NCBI RefSeq assembly: GCF_000315625.1
Contig: NW_005434655.1
Span: forward strand, 34,637-98,636
Direction of reading: 5' to 3'
DNA length: 64,000 bases
From: Guillardia theta CCMP2712
Taxonomy: Eukaryota > Protista > Cryptophyta
The translations under genes were made by a program, and so were the position numbers. The notes under the pieces were generated by a model that was not told the origin of the DNA, searched no databases, and saw nothing but the letters and a program-made list of their open reading frames with translations. Shown piece after piece: positions 1 through 12,900 of the stretch (position 1 is its first letter; every line of letters starts with the position of its first letter).

Positions 1-1164
1 TCCTCCCTCCTCCCCTTCTCAGCTCACCTCGAGTTTGATGTGTTCGTGGTATATCGCTGTTTGGAAGTAAGTACCTCATCTCGCTACGAAAGGCAACACC
101 ATCGTGACCCTCCTCTGCCATCCCAGCCTACTCTGCCTCCCTTATCTCGCCCCCTCCCTCCGCTCCCTCCGCTCCCTCCGCTCCCTCCGCTCCCTCCGCT
201 CCCTCCACTCACCGTCCACGCGTCTTGTAGCGATGATACTCTTGTTTGAATGTCGGAAACAAAATGCAGGTGCCGGGAGATCTATTCCTCACCATCATTC
301 CTGTTCCTCCCTCCTCTGACCTTCTGACACTGCTATAACCCCCATGCTCCCATCCCTCCTCCCTCCCTCTACTTCTTCCCCCCTCGCCCTTCCTGTCCTC
401 CCTGCTTCCCCACCTTCATCAGCAGGTTCGCAGCATCCTCATCTTGCTGCTTGCGAACGGAGCAGATCAGGTCGAACTTGGCTTGAAACTTCTGCTCCTT
501 CATCCGAGACGCGTTCAGCTCCTCCGCCATCTTTTTCACTCGCATCTCCTTCTCCTCCACCGCACTCTTGAGGTCTGCAACCTGATCGTGCAGGGAACAG
601 CGATGAGCGAGACAAAGGATTTGGAAGGAGACAGGAAGACAGAGGCAGAGGCAGAGACAGAGACAGAGACAGAGACAGAGGCAGAGGCAGAGGCAGAGAC
701 AGTGAGACGGAAAGGAAGGAATGCAAGAAAAAGAACGTGATAAAACCAGATCTTTCAACAGATCGATCAAAACACGAGACAAAGAACGATTCCTCCTGGT
801 TGATGAAATTCCAATAGTAACAAGCAGACATTCTTCGAATACCATCTTCTCGTAATTCTCCATCTGATCTCTCAACTTGGATCGATCAGACTGAGCTGAC
901 TCCTCAATCCTAATCCTTTCTTCTCTCTGCACAGAACAGGGTCAACCGCCAATCACTGCTGAGCGTTCAAACCTCATGCTCCAACTGCTGCTTCAGTGAA
1001 TCAATCTCATGCTTCATCTTTTCTTCCTCTGGCATCTTCTCTTGCTCCGCTTCTGCTCCTCCTCCTCGCTCCTCTTCCCCACCAGCGGCCGTCACGGAAG
1101 CGTTGGTATCAGAATGCCTGACAGTGACCGATGCAGATCCTTCAGTCATGTTGCAGGAAGGAGG

Positions 1165-1204
<40 letters not shown>

Positions 1205-2014
1205 AAGGGCGTTGACGATGAGGAGGAGGAAGAAGACGAGGAATTTGCTAGAAAAGAAGAAGAGGAGGAGTTGTCCGCTGCATGGCAGCACAGCGAGGCA
1301 TCTGTTTCAGTCCCGTTCTTGGGTAGGGGAGCACGCAACGGTGCTGTCGGGGTCGCATGCGAGTCTGAGATGTTCACATCAGAAGAGTTGAGAGCATGAC
1401 GCGAAGGAATCATGTCCGACGAGTTCGAGTGTACCAGTGACTGATTCACAACTGTCGTCCTTGAAACGCCCTTGCCCTCAGTCTCCAGATTCATCGCGAC
1501 ACCATGGAGCCGGAAGCCCGGCCGGGTTGAGGAGACTGGGAAGAAGTCAGGAACGAGCATAGGAGAGAGACAGCAGAGCCTCACGAGGTTTCAGACGAAC
1601 TAGGAAAGGCTTCGCCCTCAGAGACGTTCGATGGAGAGTGGGAGAGAACTGAAGCCTTGCTATCTGCTCGTGTGTGATCCCCCCTCCACGCTGCGGACTC
1701 GCTGCCTCCTCCATCGCGTCCAATGCAGGTGATATCGGCAGTGAGGAGAGTGGGTCTTGGACAGCAGGAAGAGGAGGTGAGTGGAAAGAATACGAGGGGA
1801 GCTGTGAAGAACTGACTGAAGTTGTTGGAGGAGATGGAATAGAATCACTGTGTAGTTCCGTTTCAGGCGGCGGAGGAGGAAGGGGGAAAGAAGGGAGGGG
1901 AGGAGGGGGGGGGATGGAGGGAGGTGGCGGTGGCGGTGGGGGGGGAGGAGGAGGAGACTGTGAGCTTGCCAAAAGTGCGCATAGCAAGATCGCTATCGCA
2001 GCTCTCCTGACCAT
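1..2014 (-). CDS. Multi-exon secreted/surface protein with poly-Pro and poly-Ser tracts and a C-terminal coiled coil; 3' end runs off the window
   Basis: ATG at 2014 begins a signal-peptide-like MVRRAAIAILLCALLASSQ followed by poly-P. ORF pieces 1547-2158, 967-1584 and 369-932 can be joined by GT-AG introns (e.g. donor gtgagg at 1584) into an E/K-rich coiled coil. Confidence 0.6.
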
Positions 2015-2456
2015 CTTCAGCCCCCGACCATCGCGAACTCTGTAACGTCGTAGAACCGTCAGGTTGCAAAGGAATACTGCATGTAACGGTTTGGGGGCTC
2101 CGTCCGGTCCTCGGGGCCCGGTCCGAGGGTCCGGGGTCCCGCCGAATGGTGATGGCACTCAAACATCTAACACAATAGTAATCAAGTCCCCCTCGGATAT
2201 TAGCTACTCAAATGTTACAGGCAGCAAACCCATCATAATGACTGCCAATATATTTCTGGCGACGTGCACGTGGGTCATTTTGTAGTAAAGGGGGGGGCTG
2301 ACTCTTCCAGGTACGTAACGCATGTGGACCAGCTACGTACCAAGAGGAGACGTACCAAGATGCGAAAACGATCCATTTCGGTACTCAATCGTTAGTCAAA
2401 ATAGAGCTTTTGAACAAAATGTTTATACAGAACGGTATCGTCTAGTGATGACTTGT

Positions 2457-2469
2457 CGGAAGACTTCCG
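2457..2469. promoter_or_regulatory. Palindrome CGGAAGACTTCCG (CGG-N7-CCG), candidate Zn2Cys6 binding site
   Basis: Read directly. Inverted CGG half-sites about 650 bp upstream of the Zn2Cys6 gene, with a second copy at 2566. Confidence 0.4.
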
Positions 2470-2565
2470 GTAGCTGAATTACAGCAGTGACCACCTGCAA
2501 TATTTCAATATCCTTGTAACAATTTCAAAAGTACAGATTAATAATGAAATTCGATGTTTACTGAG

Positions 2566-2578
2566 CGGAATATTTCCG
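2566..2578. promoter_or_regulatory. Palindrome CGGAATATTTCCG (CGG-N7-CCG), candidate Zn2Cys6 binding site
   Basis: Read directly. Same CGGAA-N3-TTCCG architecture as the site at 2457. Confidence 0.4.
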
Positions 2579-3119
2579 TGGGTTTGATTGCGAGAGCTCA
2601 ATAGCTACGATCTTGTAGCCTTTGAAACGATGAGGTTTGAAAAGCTCCAACCTTGTAGCCTTTCAAGAATGTTTTTTTCTGAGACCAAGCAGCTGTATGA
2701 TCACGGCAAGTACCCCTTCAACTACACCAGTACCCACCCTCGATAAGAAGAATTGAATAACTACTACCCTTAGAATCAACTTCGAGGGGATGTACACCCC
2801 TCTAATCAACACATTCATTACCACACCCCTGTAGGTCTTGTTGCTTTAACCTCGATTTATTTCTTAAGCACCATAGTTCTCGATGACCACCCCCTTTTTT
2901 GACTACCCCACCTATCTCATTCTCATCTCAATCTCGTAGCCTCCCGTTCGCTTCTCTGCCCTCCCCGTTCTTGTCGTTTGATATAAGTTGGAGCTGTAAC
3001 CTCAAGTGACCACCGTGCTGCTCTCGTTTCCCTACGTCCTCTTCTTACAGCATCTTCCCTAGACCTTGCTCAGCAAACTAGCTTGCTCCACGCATAGCCC
3101 CTTACTCCGTTTTCTTTCC

Positions 3120-3998
3120 ATGTCTTTGCTTGTCGAGCCCCACTGGACCTCTGTCCAAGATCGCAGCGCAGGGGTGAAGCTTCCTCCCTTGAGGTCCTTG
3201 AGTGAACAGATTCCTTTCTTCTCGCCATCGGTGGCTCCTCAGTCTTTCCATCGTTCTCCCATACAGAGTGATCGGTTCTCCATGGCACATGTAACTCCTG
3301 TCGCAAGCTTACCAGAAAACTCATTGAACGTTCTCATGGGTGGATTCGGTTTCGAAGGGCAGCAAAACCAACAGATGCAGAATGTTGCCATGCAGAACAT
3401 CGTGAATCTCATTCAGCAGATCATCGTGCAGAAGAGTGGAGTGACTCAGCTCAAGCCTGTCAAGCCAAATCTCAACGTACTGGGAGCGCAGTATGCTGAA
3501 ATGGCTCACAAGACCTTCTCGCCGATCTCGCAGCCTTCTACTCAGGATGTCAAGCCATCACTGGGCAAGAGGTCGAAGCCCGAGGAAAAGCTCATTGAGG
3601 TCACGCCGGGTGGAGCAGAGCCCGCCAAGAGGAAACGTGTGTACACGAAAGCAGCTTGCGTGTCTTGCAGGTCTTCCCACCTTGCGTGCGATGATGGTCA
3701 GCCGTGCCGCAATTGCACCAAAAATGGCTCAAAGTGTGAGCGGGTTGAGCACACCAAGATTTACGTTCCTCCGACGCTGGATGAGGTACTGGGGACTCCC
3801 AGCGACGGCGAGTCCACAAAGTCGCCCTCGCCGGCTCCTTCAACTGATTCCAATGGAGCGCGGAAGTATGTCAAAGCTGCCTGCTCTTGTTGCAGGAAAT
3901 CACACCTGGCTTGCGACAATTATCGTCCCTGTAGGAACTGCGTTCGCCTTGAACTGACATGCGAAGAGATCAGAAGTCAACGCAGATCTAGAAGTTAA
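3120..3998 (+). CDS. Transcription factor with two tandem C-terminal Zn(II)2Cys6 binuclear clusters, intronless
   Basis: KAACVSCRSSHLACDDGQPCRNCTKNGSKC and KAACSCCRKSHLACDNYRPCRNCVRLELTC both fit CX2CX6CX5CX2CX6C. There is a basic NLS-like KRKR and a Q/N-rich N-terminal half. TATA-like TATAA at about 2982. Confidence 0.9.
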   Translation: MSLLVEPHWTSVQDRSAGVKLPPLRSLSEQIPFFSPSVAPQSFHRSPIQSDRFSMAHVTPVASLPENSLNVLMGGFGFEGQQNQQMQNVAMQNIVNLIQQIIVQKSGVTQLKPVKPNLNVLGAQYAEMAHKTFSPISQPSTQDVKPSLGKRSKPEEKLIEVTPGGAEPAKRKRVYTKAACVSCRSSHLACDDGQPCRNCTKNGSKCERVEHTKIYVPPTLDEVLGTPSDGESTKSPSPAPSTDSNGARKYVKAACSCCRKSHLACDNYRPCRNCVRLELTCEEIRSQRRSRS

Positions 3999-4353
3999 TT
4001 GTTAATTGTAGATACGTTGTTATTCATTTAAAAGATGTAATGAAAGTATTCTTTCTCGTATATTTTGACTCATTACTTCCACAAGGATTTTCATAGATCT
4101 TTAAATTCAACTGAAGTGTTGATTTCTCCCAATCAGCATACCTGAGGGCCTTGCGAGTCTGTGACCGTGAGTTTTGGACTGAGCGCACACTGTTATGATA
4201 AACTATCATCCAACTGGTGAGGATTCCTAAACTAACTTCCGAGTTTCATTACAGCCTGAGTAGCCCGCGATGATCCGGCGGCTGCTAGCCTTGAATGAGT
4301 TAAAGGTGAACCGAGTAGACTCAGTAGTGTGAGAAGCGAGAGTGTCCTCGTAC

Positions 4354-4381
4354 TGATTTTTAACTTAACTTTGAGTAAAAG
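4354..4381. repeat. 28-bp dispersed element TGATTTTTAACTTAACTTTGAGTAAAAG
   Basis: Exact copy at 40407-40434; variants at about 40510-40550 and inverted at 40309-40324. Confidence 0.85.
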
Positions 4382-4437
4382 ATTAGAGAAGTTTTCGTTG
4401 GCGCCAAAACTCAACTACGAGGTTGGCCATTGCTGCA

Positions 4438-5799
4438 ATGGCACCGCCGCAGTCCACCTCAAGGGAGCTGCCCACGGCGACCATGGTGAAGTTGCTAGAG
4501 GGGTTAGCACGGTCCTTCGAAGCTCGCTCCTTCTTGTTCCATGGTGAGAGGGAGGAGGTGGAAAATCGCATCCACAATTGCCTCGCACTGTTGATCACCA
4601 GCTTCTACAACCAGAGAACCGTCGTCTACCTCGGTTCCTCCATGCCGCTGGAGCAACGTTTGAATTATATGACTTGGTTTCGTTTCAGGGTGTGTTTGTT
4701 GTTGGTGATTCTCGATTATGATTACAAGCTTCTTTCTCTTCCCACTAAGCGTCCCTTGTCGCATGGAGAAATCAAATCTCCAGCAGATTTCTCCTCAGTC
4801 GAATTTCTGGAGTATTTTGGCTTCAACAAGGAGCAATTCCATCAACTATTAGCATCTCTCGAGGACGACAAAGGTCAGCGCATGATGGCCAACGGTTCTC
4901 CTTCTGTGCTTCACCTTGGCAAGACGGGCCACAAGTATCGGATTTCAGCAGACAAAGCAATGATGATATTCTTGCGCAGATCTGCCGTACCTTGCCGCTG
5001 GTCGGACTTACAAGAAATCATGGGTGGCTCAAGGACCGTTTTGTCTGACACATTCTCCGCTATGACAGACATGCTGTACAATAAGTATTCCCCTCTCGTA
5101 TGTGATATCAACTCCTGGAAAGGAGATCTTGCTCAATTTTCCAGCCATGTCCACTCGCTGGGCCTATCGCGCAAAGGGGTCGTGATGTTCTTGGATCAGC
5201 ACTACCAGCAGACGGATCTTCCAGCAGGACACAGCTGCGGCATCCTGGATCGCAGCGACTCGTCACAGCCATGGACGCCCTCAGGGCTGCACTACTTCGC
5301 TGGAGTTCTACCGAACGGGATCAGCCTCATTTGGGGACCGTGGAAGGGGCCGATGCAGGAGATGACGACGCTGCTGGACGCGCAAGTCTGTGCGAAACTC
5401 GAGCAGAGCGCGGAGGAGGCTGGAGTGGACTTCTGTGCGTGCTCACAGAGCTCGAACCTTCTCTCGGCTCGGCTGTATCCCATGAATGAAGCTTGTGCTA
5501 CCGAGATGGAAACGGAGAGTCAGAGACCTTTGGATTCTCTCATGTCACGATTCCGCCTATTGGCCAAAGATACCTTCGGGGAAGCGGTCAAGATCTGGAG
5601 CACCCTCAATCATCGTTGCAATATGCGTCTGGGCGCACAGAAGCTGGAAAGAGCTTTCGTTGTACAGCTCCTCATCTTCAATATCCGATCCATTTTCAGC
5701 AGAGACCAAATCACCGAAGAGCAGGAAAAGGCAGATTTGTTTCTCAGGATATCCTTGGAAGATTATCTGTCGAAAATCCGAGGCTGCCATGGTAATTGA
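4438..5799 (+). CDS. PIF/Harbinger-superfamily (DDE_Tnp_4/HARBI1-like) transposase-derived protein, catalytic residues degenerate, intronless
   Basis: Colinear family motifs: FGFNKEQF, IFLRRSAVPCRWSDL, VMFLD, GLHYFAGVLPNGI..WGP, MSRFR....DTFG, LLIFN and C-terminal SLEDYL. No TIRs seen. Confidence 0.75.
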   Translation: MAPPQSTSRELPTATMVKLLEGLARSFEARSFLFHGEREEVENRIHNCLALLITSFYNQRTVVYLGSSMPLEQRLNYMTWFRFRVCLLLVILDYDYKLLSLPTKRPLSHGEIKSPADFSSVEFLEYFGFNKEQFHQLLASLEDDKGQRMMANGSPSVLHLGKTGHKYRISADKAMMIFLRRSAVPCRWSDLQEIMGGSRTVLSDTFSAMTDMLYNKYSPLVCDINSWKGDLAQFSSHVHSLGLSRKGVVMFLDQHYQQTDLPAGHSCGILDRSDSSQPWTPSGLHYFAGVLPNGISLIWGPWKGPMQEMTTLLDAQVCAKLEQSAEEAGVDFCACSQSSNLLSARLYPMNEACATEMETESQRPLDSLMSRFRLLAKDTFGEAVKIWSTLNHRCNMRLGAQKLERAFVVQLLIFNIRSIFSRDQITEEQEKADLFLRISLEDYLSKIRGCHGN

Positions 5800-6188
5800 A
5801 TAGAATGACATGATTGCTCACAACGCGCTGCCTCGAGTCACTGAGTCCAACTCCATCACTGAGTCAGGCCCATGACAGTACGGTGATTGTCAGCCATCGT
5901 ACGGTAGCAGAACCTCAGTCGAGTGACTCACAGGCTGGCCGCAGCTCCGTGCCGCCGTCCGACCGTCGGACCGTCCGACGGGCCTGCCACTGGCCGGGCC
6001 CTGTGCATGCCCCGGGGCCGCCGGGGGTATCCCGGAGTCACTGCCTGATGACTCGGACTAGGTATGGTTCGAGACCCGGTGACCGTACCGTACGTGAGTG
6101 ACTCTGTGAGTCGGACCGTTTATTAGTCCCGGGCCGGGCCACCAAATTTCTCTTGTAACGGATCTGAAACGACCGAGCACTTTGCTCG

Positions 6189-6862
<674 letters not shown>

Positions 6863-6920
6863 ATGCGACAGGAAGGGAGCAGAGGAAGCAAAGTTAACGA
6901 TTTGTATGTATACGCCTACG

Positions 6921-9900
6921 CTACTGCCTTGCCGCCATGAGCTCCTGCTCGGCACTTTCTTTCCATCCTTGAACCATCCTCCGTGCCTCCTCGGCGGCCC
7001 TTCTCGCCATCTCCTGCTCATCCTCGCCTTGAGCCCCACGGTCATTCTCGTTCAAATCCTGCGCTGAGATGCCGTTTTCCTGCAACTCTCGGAGGACGTC
7101 CTCGATCTCATGCTCGACGCTCTTGTACATGTCGTCGAAGTACGTCATCGCCTCCTCCTTCGCTCTCACAAACTCCTGCAGCGAGCGCTCTACCTCGGCA
7201 TGGTCCACCTCCTTCACCTCCAGCATCCTTCTGATCTGATGATGGAAGTTGACCAAATGGTTCGCAGATTCCGCCATGGCAAGAAACTTCTGCTTCTCCT
7301 GCTCCTCCTGCTCCTCCACCATCATCACTTCCTCTTCCTCCTCGTCTTCTTCCTCCTCCTGGACGTTGAGAAAGTTGAACCTGTGTTTCTGCTCCTCACT
7401 TCGTTGCCATGGCTGTTCATATGCATCCTTCTCGTGCACATTTTCATCCACCCGCTGCCCTCTGATCCAGCGCTCGTGCTCAGCCCGCCTGCGCTCTCCC
7501 TGCCAGTCATCTGCAATCAGCTCCTCTTGCCTTGTACGTCCCTCGAGCCACTCCTCTACCCCATCCTCCTTGTGTTGGGCATGCGCACCATCACTGAAAC
7601 CCTTATCTCCTCCTTGCATCTCCTCCTCCTCCTCCTCTTCCTCCTCTGCGCGCCGAGGCTGCTGGGAGCTGGACGGCATCGTGCTTAAGGCGAGGGCGAT
7701 CTCCCGCTCTTGCGCTTCCACGTCAGCAAGCGCAGTGGAGGACAACACCAGCTCTGCCGACTTCTCCGCAACTTCAGCCTCCTGCACCACCCGCGCTGCC
7801 TCCTCCTTGGCTGCCTGGAGGGCATCAAGAGCAAGGAGGACGTCCTGGTCGGAGGTGTCTTCACTCTCGATGACTCGCCGGAGATGCTCCTCCATCTTCA
7901 TGTACTTCTCCGTCGCCTCCAACACTCTCATCCCCGCATCTCGCGCGAGCTGCTCGGCCGCAAGCTGCTCTTCCAAGACTGCGTTACCCACGTTGTAGAC
8001 ATGAAGCTTGACTGACGTGAGGACCATGTCTGCGTGCTCATCTAGCTCTCCCTCCTCCTTCACCTCTCCTCCTGCCTTCCTGCCATCCTCCCGCTCCTCC
8101 TGCTCCTCCCGCTCCTCCCGCTCCTCCCGCTCCTCCCGCTCCTCCCGCTCCTCCCGCTCCTTCTCCTCTGCACGTGCCTCCTGCCGCTCGTCGCCAGCAA
8201 GAGCCATGCGTTCCGCGTCCTCGTCGTCATCGCCAAGGAGCGAGGCTTCTTGAATGATGTCGTCAATGTGACTAGTTTCGAGGTCGAGGTAGGAGGTGGC
8301 GTTGTCGATCATTACTGAGAAGGCCTCGTATGTTGTCTTGTACTCTTCCATCATCCTCTTCAGCTCTTCCTCCTCCACGTCGCTCGCGCTCATCGCAGCC
8401 TTCAGCATCGCGTGCTGCTGCATCGCCATCATTCCCAGCGCCTCCATGCGCTCCATGGTCTGGTTGTCTTCCCAGTCGTAGGGGGTGCTGGCGGTGGGAG
8501 GGGCGAGGGCGGTGACGTCCTTCCTCGAGGTGCCCGCGCGTGCAGCCTTGAGGAGAGCGTCGGAGACTTGACGGATGAGAGAGCGAGGGGGAGGCGGAGG
8601 AGGGGGGGCAAGAGACCTCTGCGATTTTCTCCTCCTCCTTCGCTTTTCCCTGGCTCGCTGGCGGGACCCTCGGAACACCTTCTGCAGCTTGATCACCGCT
8701 GCCTCCAGCTGCTGGGCCTCCGCGTTGACCGCCAGCTTCTCGTGCAGGAGGGCGAGGGCAGCAGGAGAGACCTCGTTGCCCTCCAGCTCGATGATGCTCA
8801 GCTTGCACTCACGTCCCAACATGTCGCGCATGTGCATGACGCCCTTGTCGGAGATGTTGTTCCCAGCCACCGACAGCAGCGTCAGGCTTCTGTTCATCGC
8901 CCCCTTCATCCCCTGGCTGAACGCCAGCGCCACCTGCATGAAGCCTGAGTCTCCCAGCATGTTCCGGTCCAGCAGCAGCTCTCGCAGCCCGACGCTTCTC
9001 TCGAGCCCCTTGCGCAGGTAGGCAGCCCCGTCAGCTCCCAGCAGGTTGTGGCTCAGGTCCAGCCGGGTCAGGCGCGAGTTGTCCACCAGCGCCCTCGCCA
9101 GCACTCGCACGCCCGCCTGCCCGATGGCGTTGCCGCTCAGCTCCAAGCAGCTCAAGCGCGAGCTGGGGGAGGAGCCGAGGAGGTCGAGGAAGGCAGGCAT
9201 GCCCTGATTGCCGATGACGTTGCCGTTAAGACGAAGAGTCTCTATCCCCTCGTTCCCTTTCATCCCCTCCGCTAGCGCGGTCGAGCCTTCCGGTCCGATC
9301 CAGTTGTCGCAGAGGGAGAGGAGGGAGAGCGACTGGTTTCTGCTCAGCATCGCTCCTAACGCCGTTGCCCCGACGTCGCCGAGGTGGTTGCCGTCTAAGA
9401 CAAGTCTCGTGAGCTTGTTGACCACATGCTCCTGCTGTAGGTGCGAGAGATCCGACGAGGCGATGCTCGACGGCTTGCTGTCCAGGATCAGCTCAAACTC
9501 CCCGTCCTTGCCTATCCTGCACTCTTCCACCGTCTTGCTGTCCTCCCATACGACAGAGCAGGAGGACGATGCCTCATCAGCCCCGTGCTTGACCTCCATG
9601 ACTTGCCCTCTGCTTCCCTTCGCTCCTCCGCTCCTCCTCACCATCTGACCCTCCCGCGCGTGCACATGTGCGTTGACGAATCTCTTCAACTCCGCCACCT
9701 CCTCCTTGGAGGGGCTCCAGACCGACAGCAGCGCTATGGAGCTCTCAGAGCCGGGCGAGGAGGAGGAGGAGAATGTTGAGGTCGCCCCCGAGTAGTCCCA
9801 CATGACCTCCACTGCCTCCTCCTCCACCCTCGTGATCACTCCCGGTCCGCTCAACGTCTTGGCCAGCAGCTGCTCCAGCTCCTCGCCCTCCTCTCTCACT

Positions 9901-12900
9901 ATGACGGGCAGTCCCACCCTCGGCTCCACCTCCCGCCCGACCACCAACCTCGCGCCCTCACCGCTCGAGCTGCGGGAGCGAAAGACCTGGTGCAGGCCCA
10001 GCACGAGCACGAAGAGCCCGTAGTTGTCGAGCTGCCCCCCAGCTCCGCAGAAGAATCGAGTCCTCACTCGCACGTCCTCCTCCGTCAGGTCGATCCCGGT
10101 CTCCACCACCAGCTCGCACAGTCTTTCCAAGGGAACCGAGCCTCCGTTGACGCGCAGAGCTTCTCGGAACGCTTCCTCCATTACCCCCTGCGCGTCTCCG
10201 ACTTTGATGGCGCTCTTCATCAGCCGCCGCTGAGCCCGCAGGCTCAGCAACGTCTGAGCAGGAGCCTTCGACTCATCGAGCTCGTGAGTCCCCTCTCCCT
10301 CTTCCTCGAACCTGCTGAACGAGAAGCCCAGCACAAGCACAGCAGGCGTCGCTTCCTCCCCGTCCTTGGTCACTCTGACGGCACCGGGAAGGGACAAGGG
10401 CAACTCAGTCAGGCCGACCTCATACATCTCCCGTAGGAGCTCTAGCGGTAGCGAGGCGGCTGCGACAACAGCCTCCTCCTCCTTCATCTTTGCGGCATCG
10501 CGAACCACCAGGTCGATCTCTCCGCCATCCTCCTTGAGGGGGAAGCGGAAAGACTCGCCCCACCAGAAGTCGCTCGTCTCCGAGATCCGCCCAGTCTCTA
10601 GCTCCAGCTCCACACCCAGCAGACTCACGAACAGCTTCCTGGGCTGCAGAGAGAACAGGTTGATCGCCCGCCTGACCTCCAGCTGGAAGAAGCTTCCCCT
10701 GCCCTCGCAGTAGGAGAAGGAAAGCTCCACCTCGCTCCTCCTACCCTGCTGCTCGTTGGCGTCTGCTGTCGCCATCACGAGCTTCCCGTCCGCATCCTCC
10801 AGCTGGAACCAGTGAGAGACGCGCTTCTCCGAGAGCAGCTGGGCCAGGGAGATGGGAACTCTGACGACTCCCAGCAGGTCAGACTTGCTCAGCCAGTCCC
10901 AGTCGTACACCTCTACCACCAACGTCTGCTCCGACCAGACCCCGCGCGTCAGGTCCTCGAACTCGAAGCTTTCCCGCCACTCCGGGCTCAACGTCTTGCG
11001 CTTGACCTGCGTCTTTTTCTTCTGTCCGTTGAGGTCCAGAGTCACGAAGGGGTCGGAGGAGCCCGAGAGGTCGGCAGCTGGGAGGTTCCTGGCTCGAACG
11101 ACTTGTACCGTCAACTTGGAGGCCACAAAGTCCTCGGCCTCCCTCACGCCCTCGCGCTCGCCTCTCCTCCTCAGCTTCGATCGCGTGTAGTCAGCGAACG
11201 AGGGCCACTGGTCGACGGTGACCCCCACGCTGTTCTTGACCTTGAGGTAGAATCGCAGCAGGTCGAGGACGTGCTTGTCCTCCGACTGTTGCGCAAACTT
11301 GTACGCCGACATGCTCTTGCAGTTGGTCGCCATGGGGTCCGCGTCTCTGCCCAGCAGGTATCTCACCACGGCTCTTCGGCGATGCTTCGCCGCAACCATG
11401 AGGGGCGTGACTCCGTCGCGGCTGCTGAAGTCGACGGAGTGGCAGGAGCTGAGAAGCTGCTTCGCCACCTCTTCTTGCCCGTTGCGAATGGCCTCTAGGA
11501 TCGCGTTCTTTCCCGTCACGCTCTCCCTCAGTATCTCCTGCCCGCACATCTTGCAGCTCAGATGTACGTAGCCATGCACATCCTGCCCCTCCTGCCCCTC
11601 CTGCCCCTCCTGCCCCTCCTGCCCCTCCTGCTCTCCTCCTTCATCTCGCAGCGTGCACCAAGCCTGCACATCGGAGATGCCAGACAAGGGGAGGGAGGAG
11701 GAGGCAAGAAGAAAGCTTCGGTCCCGAGCGGCACAGACGACCTGCAAGGAGATGCAGCAGGGAAGCAGGTGGCGGATGCCCTCGCAGGAGACGATGAGGT
11801 TGGGGGACCCCTGCCGTTGCTCCTTCGTCACCTCGTACTCGCCCACCATGACTGACTTGACGAGCAGCCTCAGGAAGACGCGAGGCGCTTGACCCTGATC
11901 AGCGCTGACAGAACCTGCTTTCTCTCCCTCCCCTTCTCCTTTCCCTTGGTCTTCTCCTCCTTCGCTCTCTCCTTCGAGAAATGCTATCAGGTCAAACAAA
12001 CTTCTGTGCAGGAACATTCGCGTCACTTTCACTTGTAGCGTTGGCTCTGCGAGGGTCATCTCTCGGATCAGGTACTCAACCACCTTGATCTTGCCTGACC
12101 GCACGGCCATGTCAAGAACCGAACTGTCATGCTTGTCTTGCACCGACATGTGTGCTCCCTGCTCTCTGAGGAACCTCACTGACAGCAACTTCCCAGCCAT
12201 GGCAGCTCGGAGCAACGCTGTCCGCCTGTGCTCGTCTCTGTCTTCCATGCTGGCGCCAGACCGCAAGGCATACTTCATCACATCGAGAGCCTCGTGCTCC
12301 GCCGCGGTCATCAACAGAGTGTCGCCCTTGACCAGTATCGTCGCAGCAGACTCGCCGACATGCTGGAGGAAGGAGGTCACGACTGACACCTTGTCCTCTC
12401 TGATGGCTGACTGCAAGACATGGTGGCAGGGGCAGGGGAGGAGGAGCATCGCCGCATGTCGCAGAGACTCTCCTTCCATCTTGTTGCGGGACAGGTCGAG
12501 ACATCGCAACTCACCGCAAGTGCTCAAGGCGACACTCAAGGCCTCCAGCCCTGCCTCCCCGATGCTGTTGTCTTGGATGATCACCGCCGTTACTCGATCC
12601 GCGTGCGTCAACCCACCAGCGATGCAGCAGACGTCCTTGTCCTCCATCGAGTTCTCCCTCAGAGCCACGACCCTCACTCCCTGGACCAGCTCCCTCAGCT
12701 CTTCCGCGTTGACCTGCAAGCCGTTGGCAAGGAGGAAGGAGACGAGAGGGTCGGCCATCAGCTCCCGCAGACTTCCTTGAGCCGACTGCTTGTCGCAGAC
12801 GGAGACGCACATGGAGTCTTGCTCAGACAGCAGCTCTCTCGGCAGCACTGCCAACATCGGAGACTCGCGAAGCAGCAGAGTCCGCTGCCTCATCCCGTGC

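Noticed and set aside
4000-6100. Intact autonomous Harbinger element
   Set aside because: No terminal inverted repeats or TWA target duplication were found, and the catalytic motifs are degenerate.
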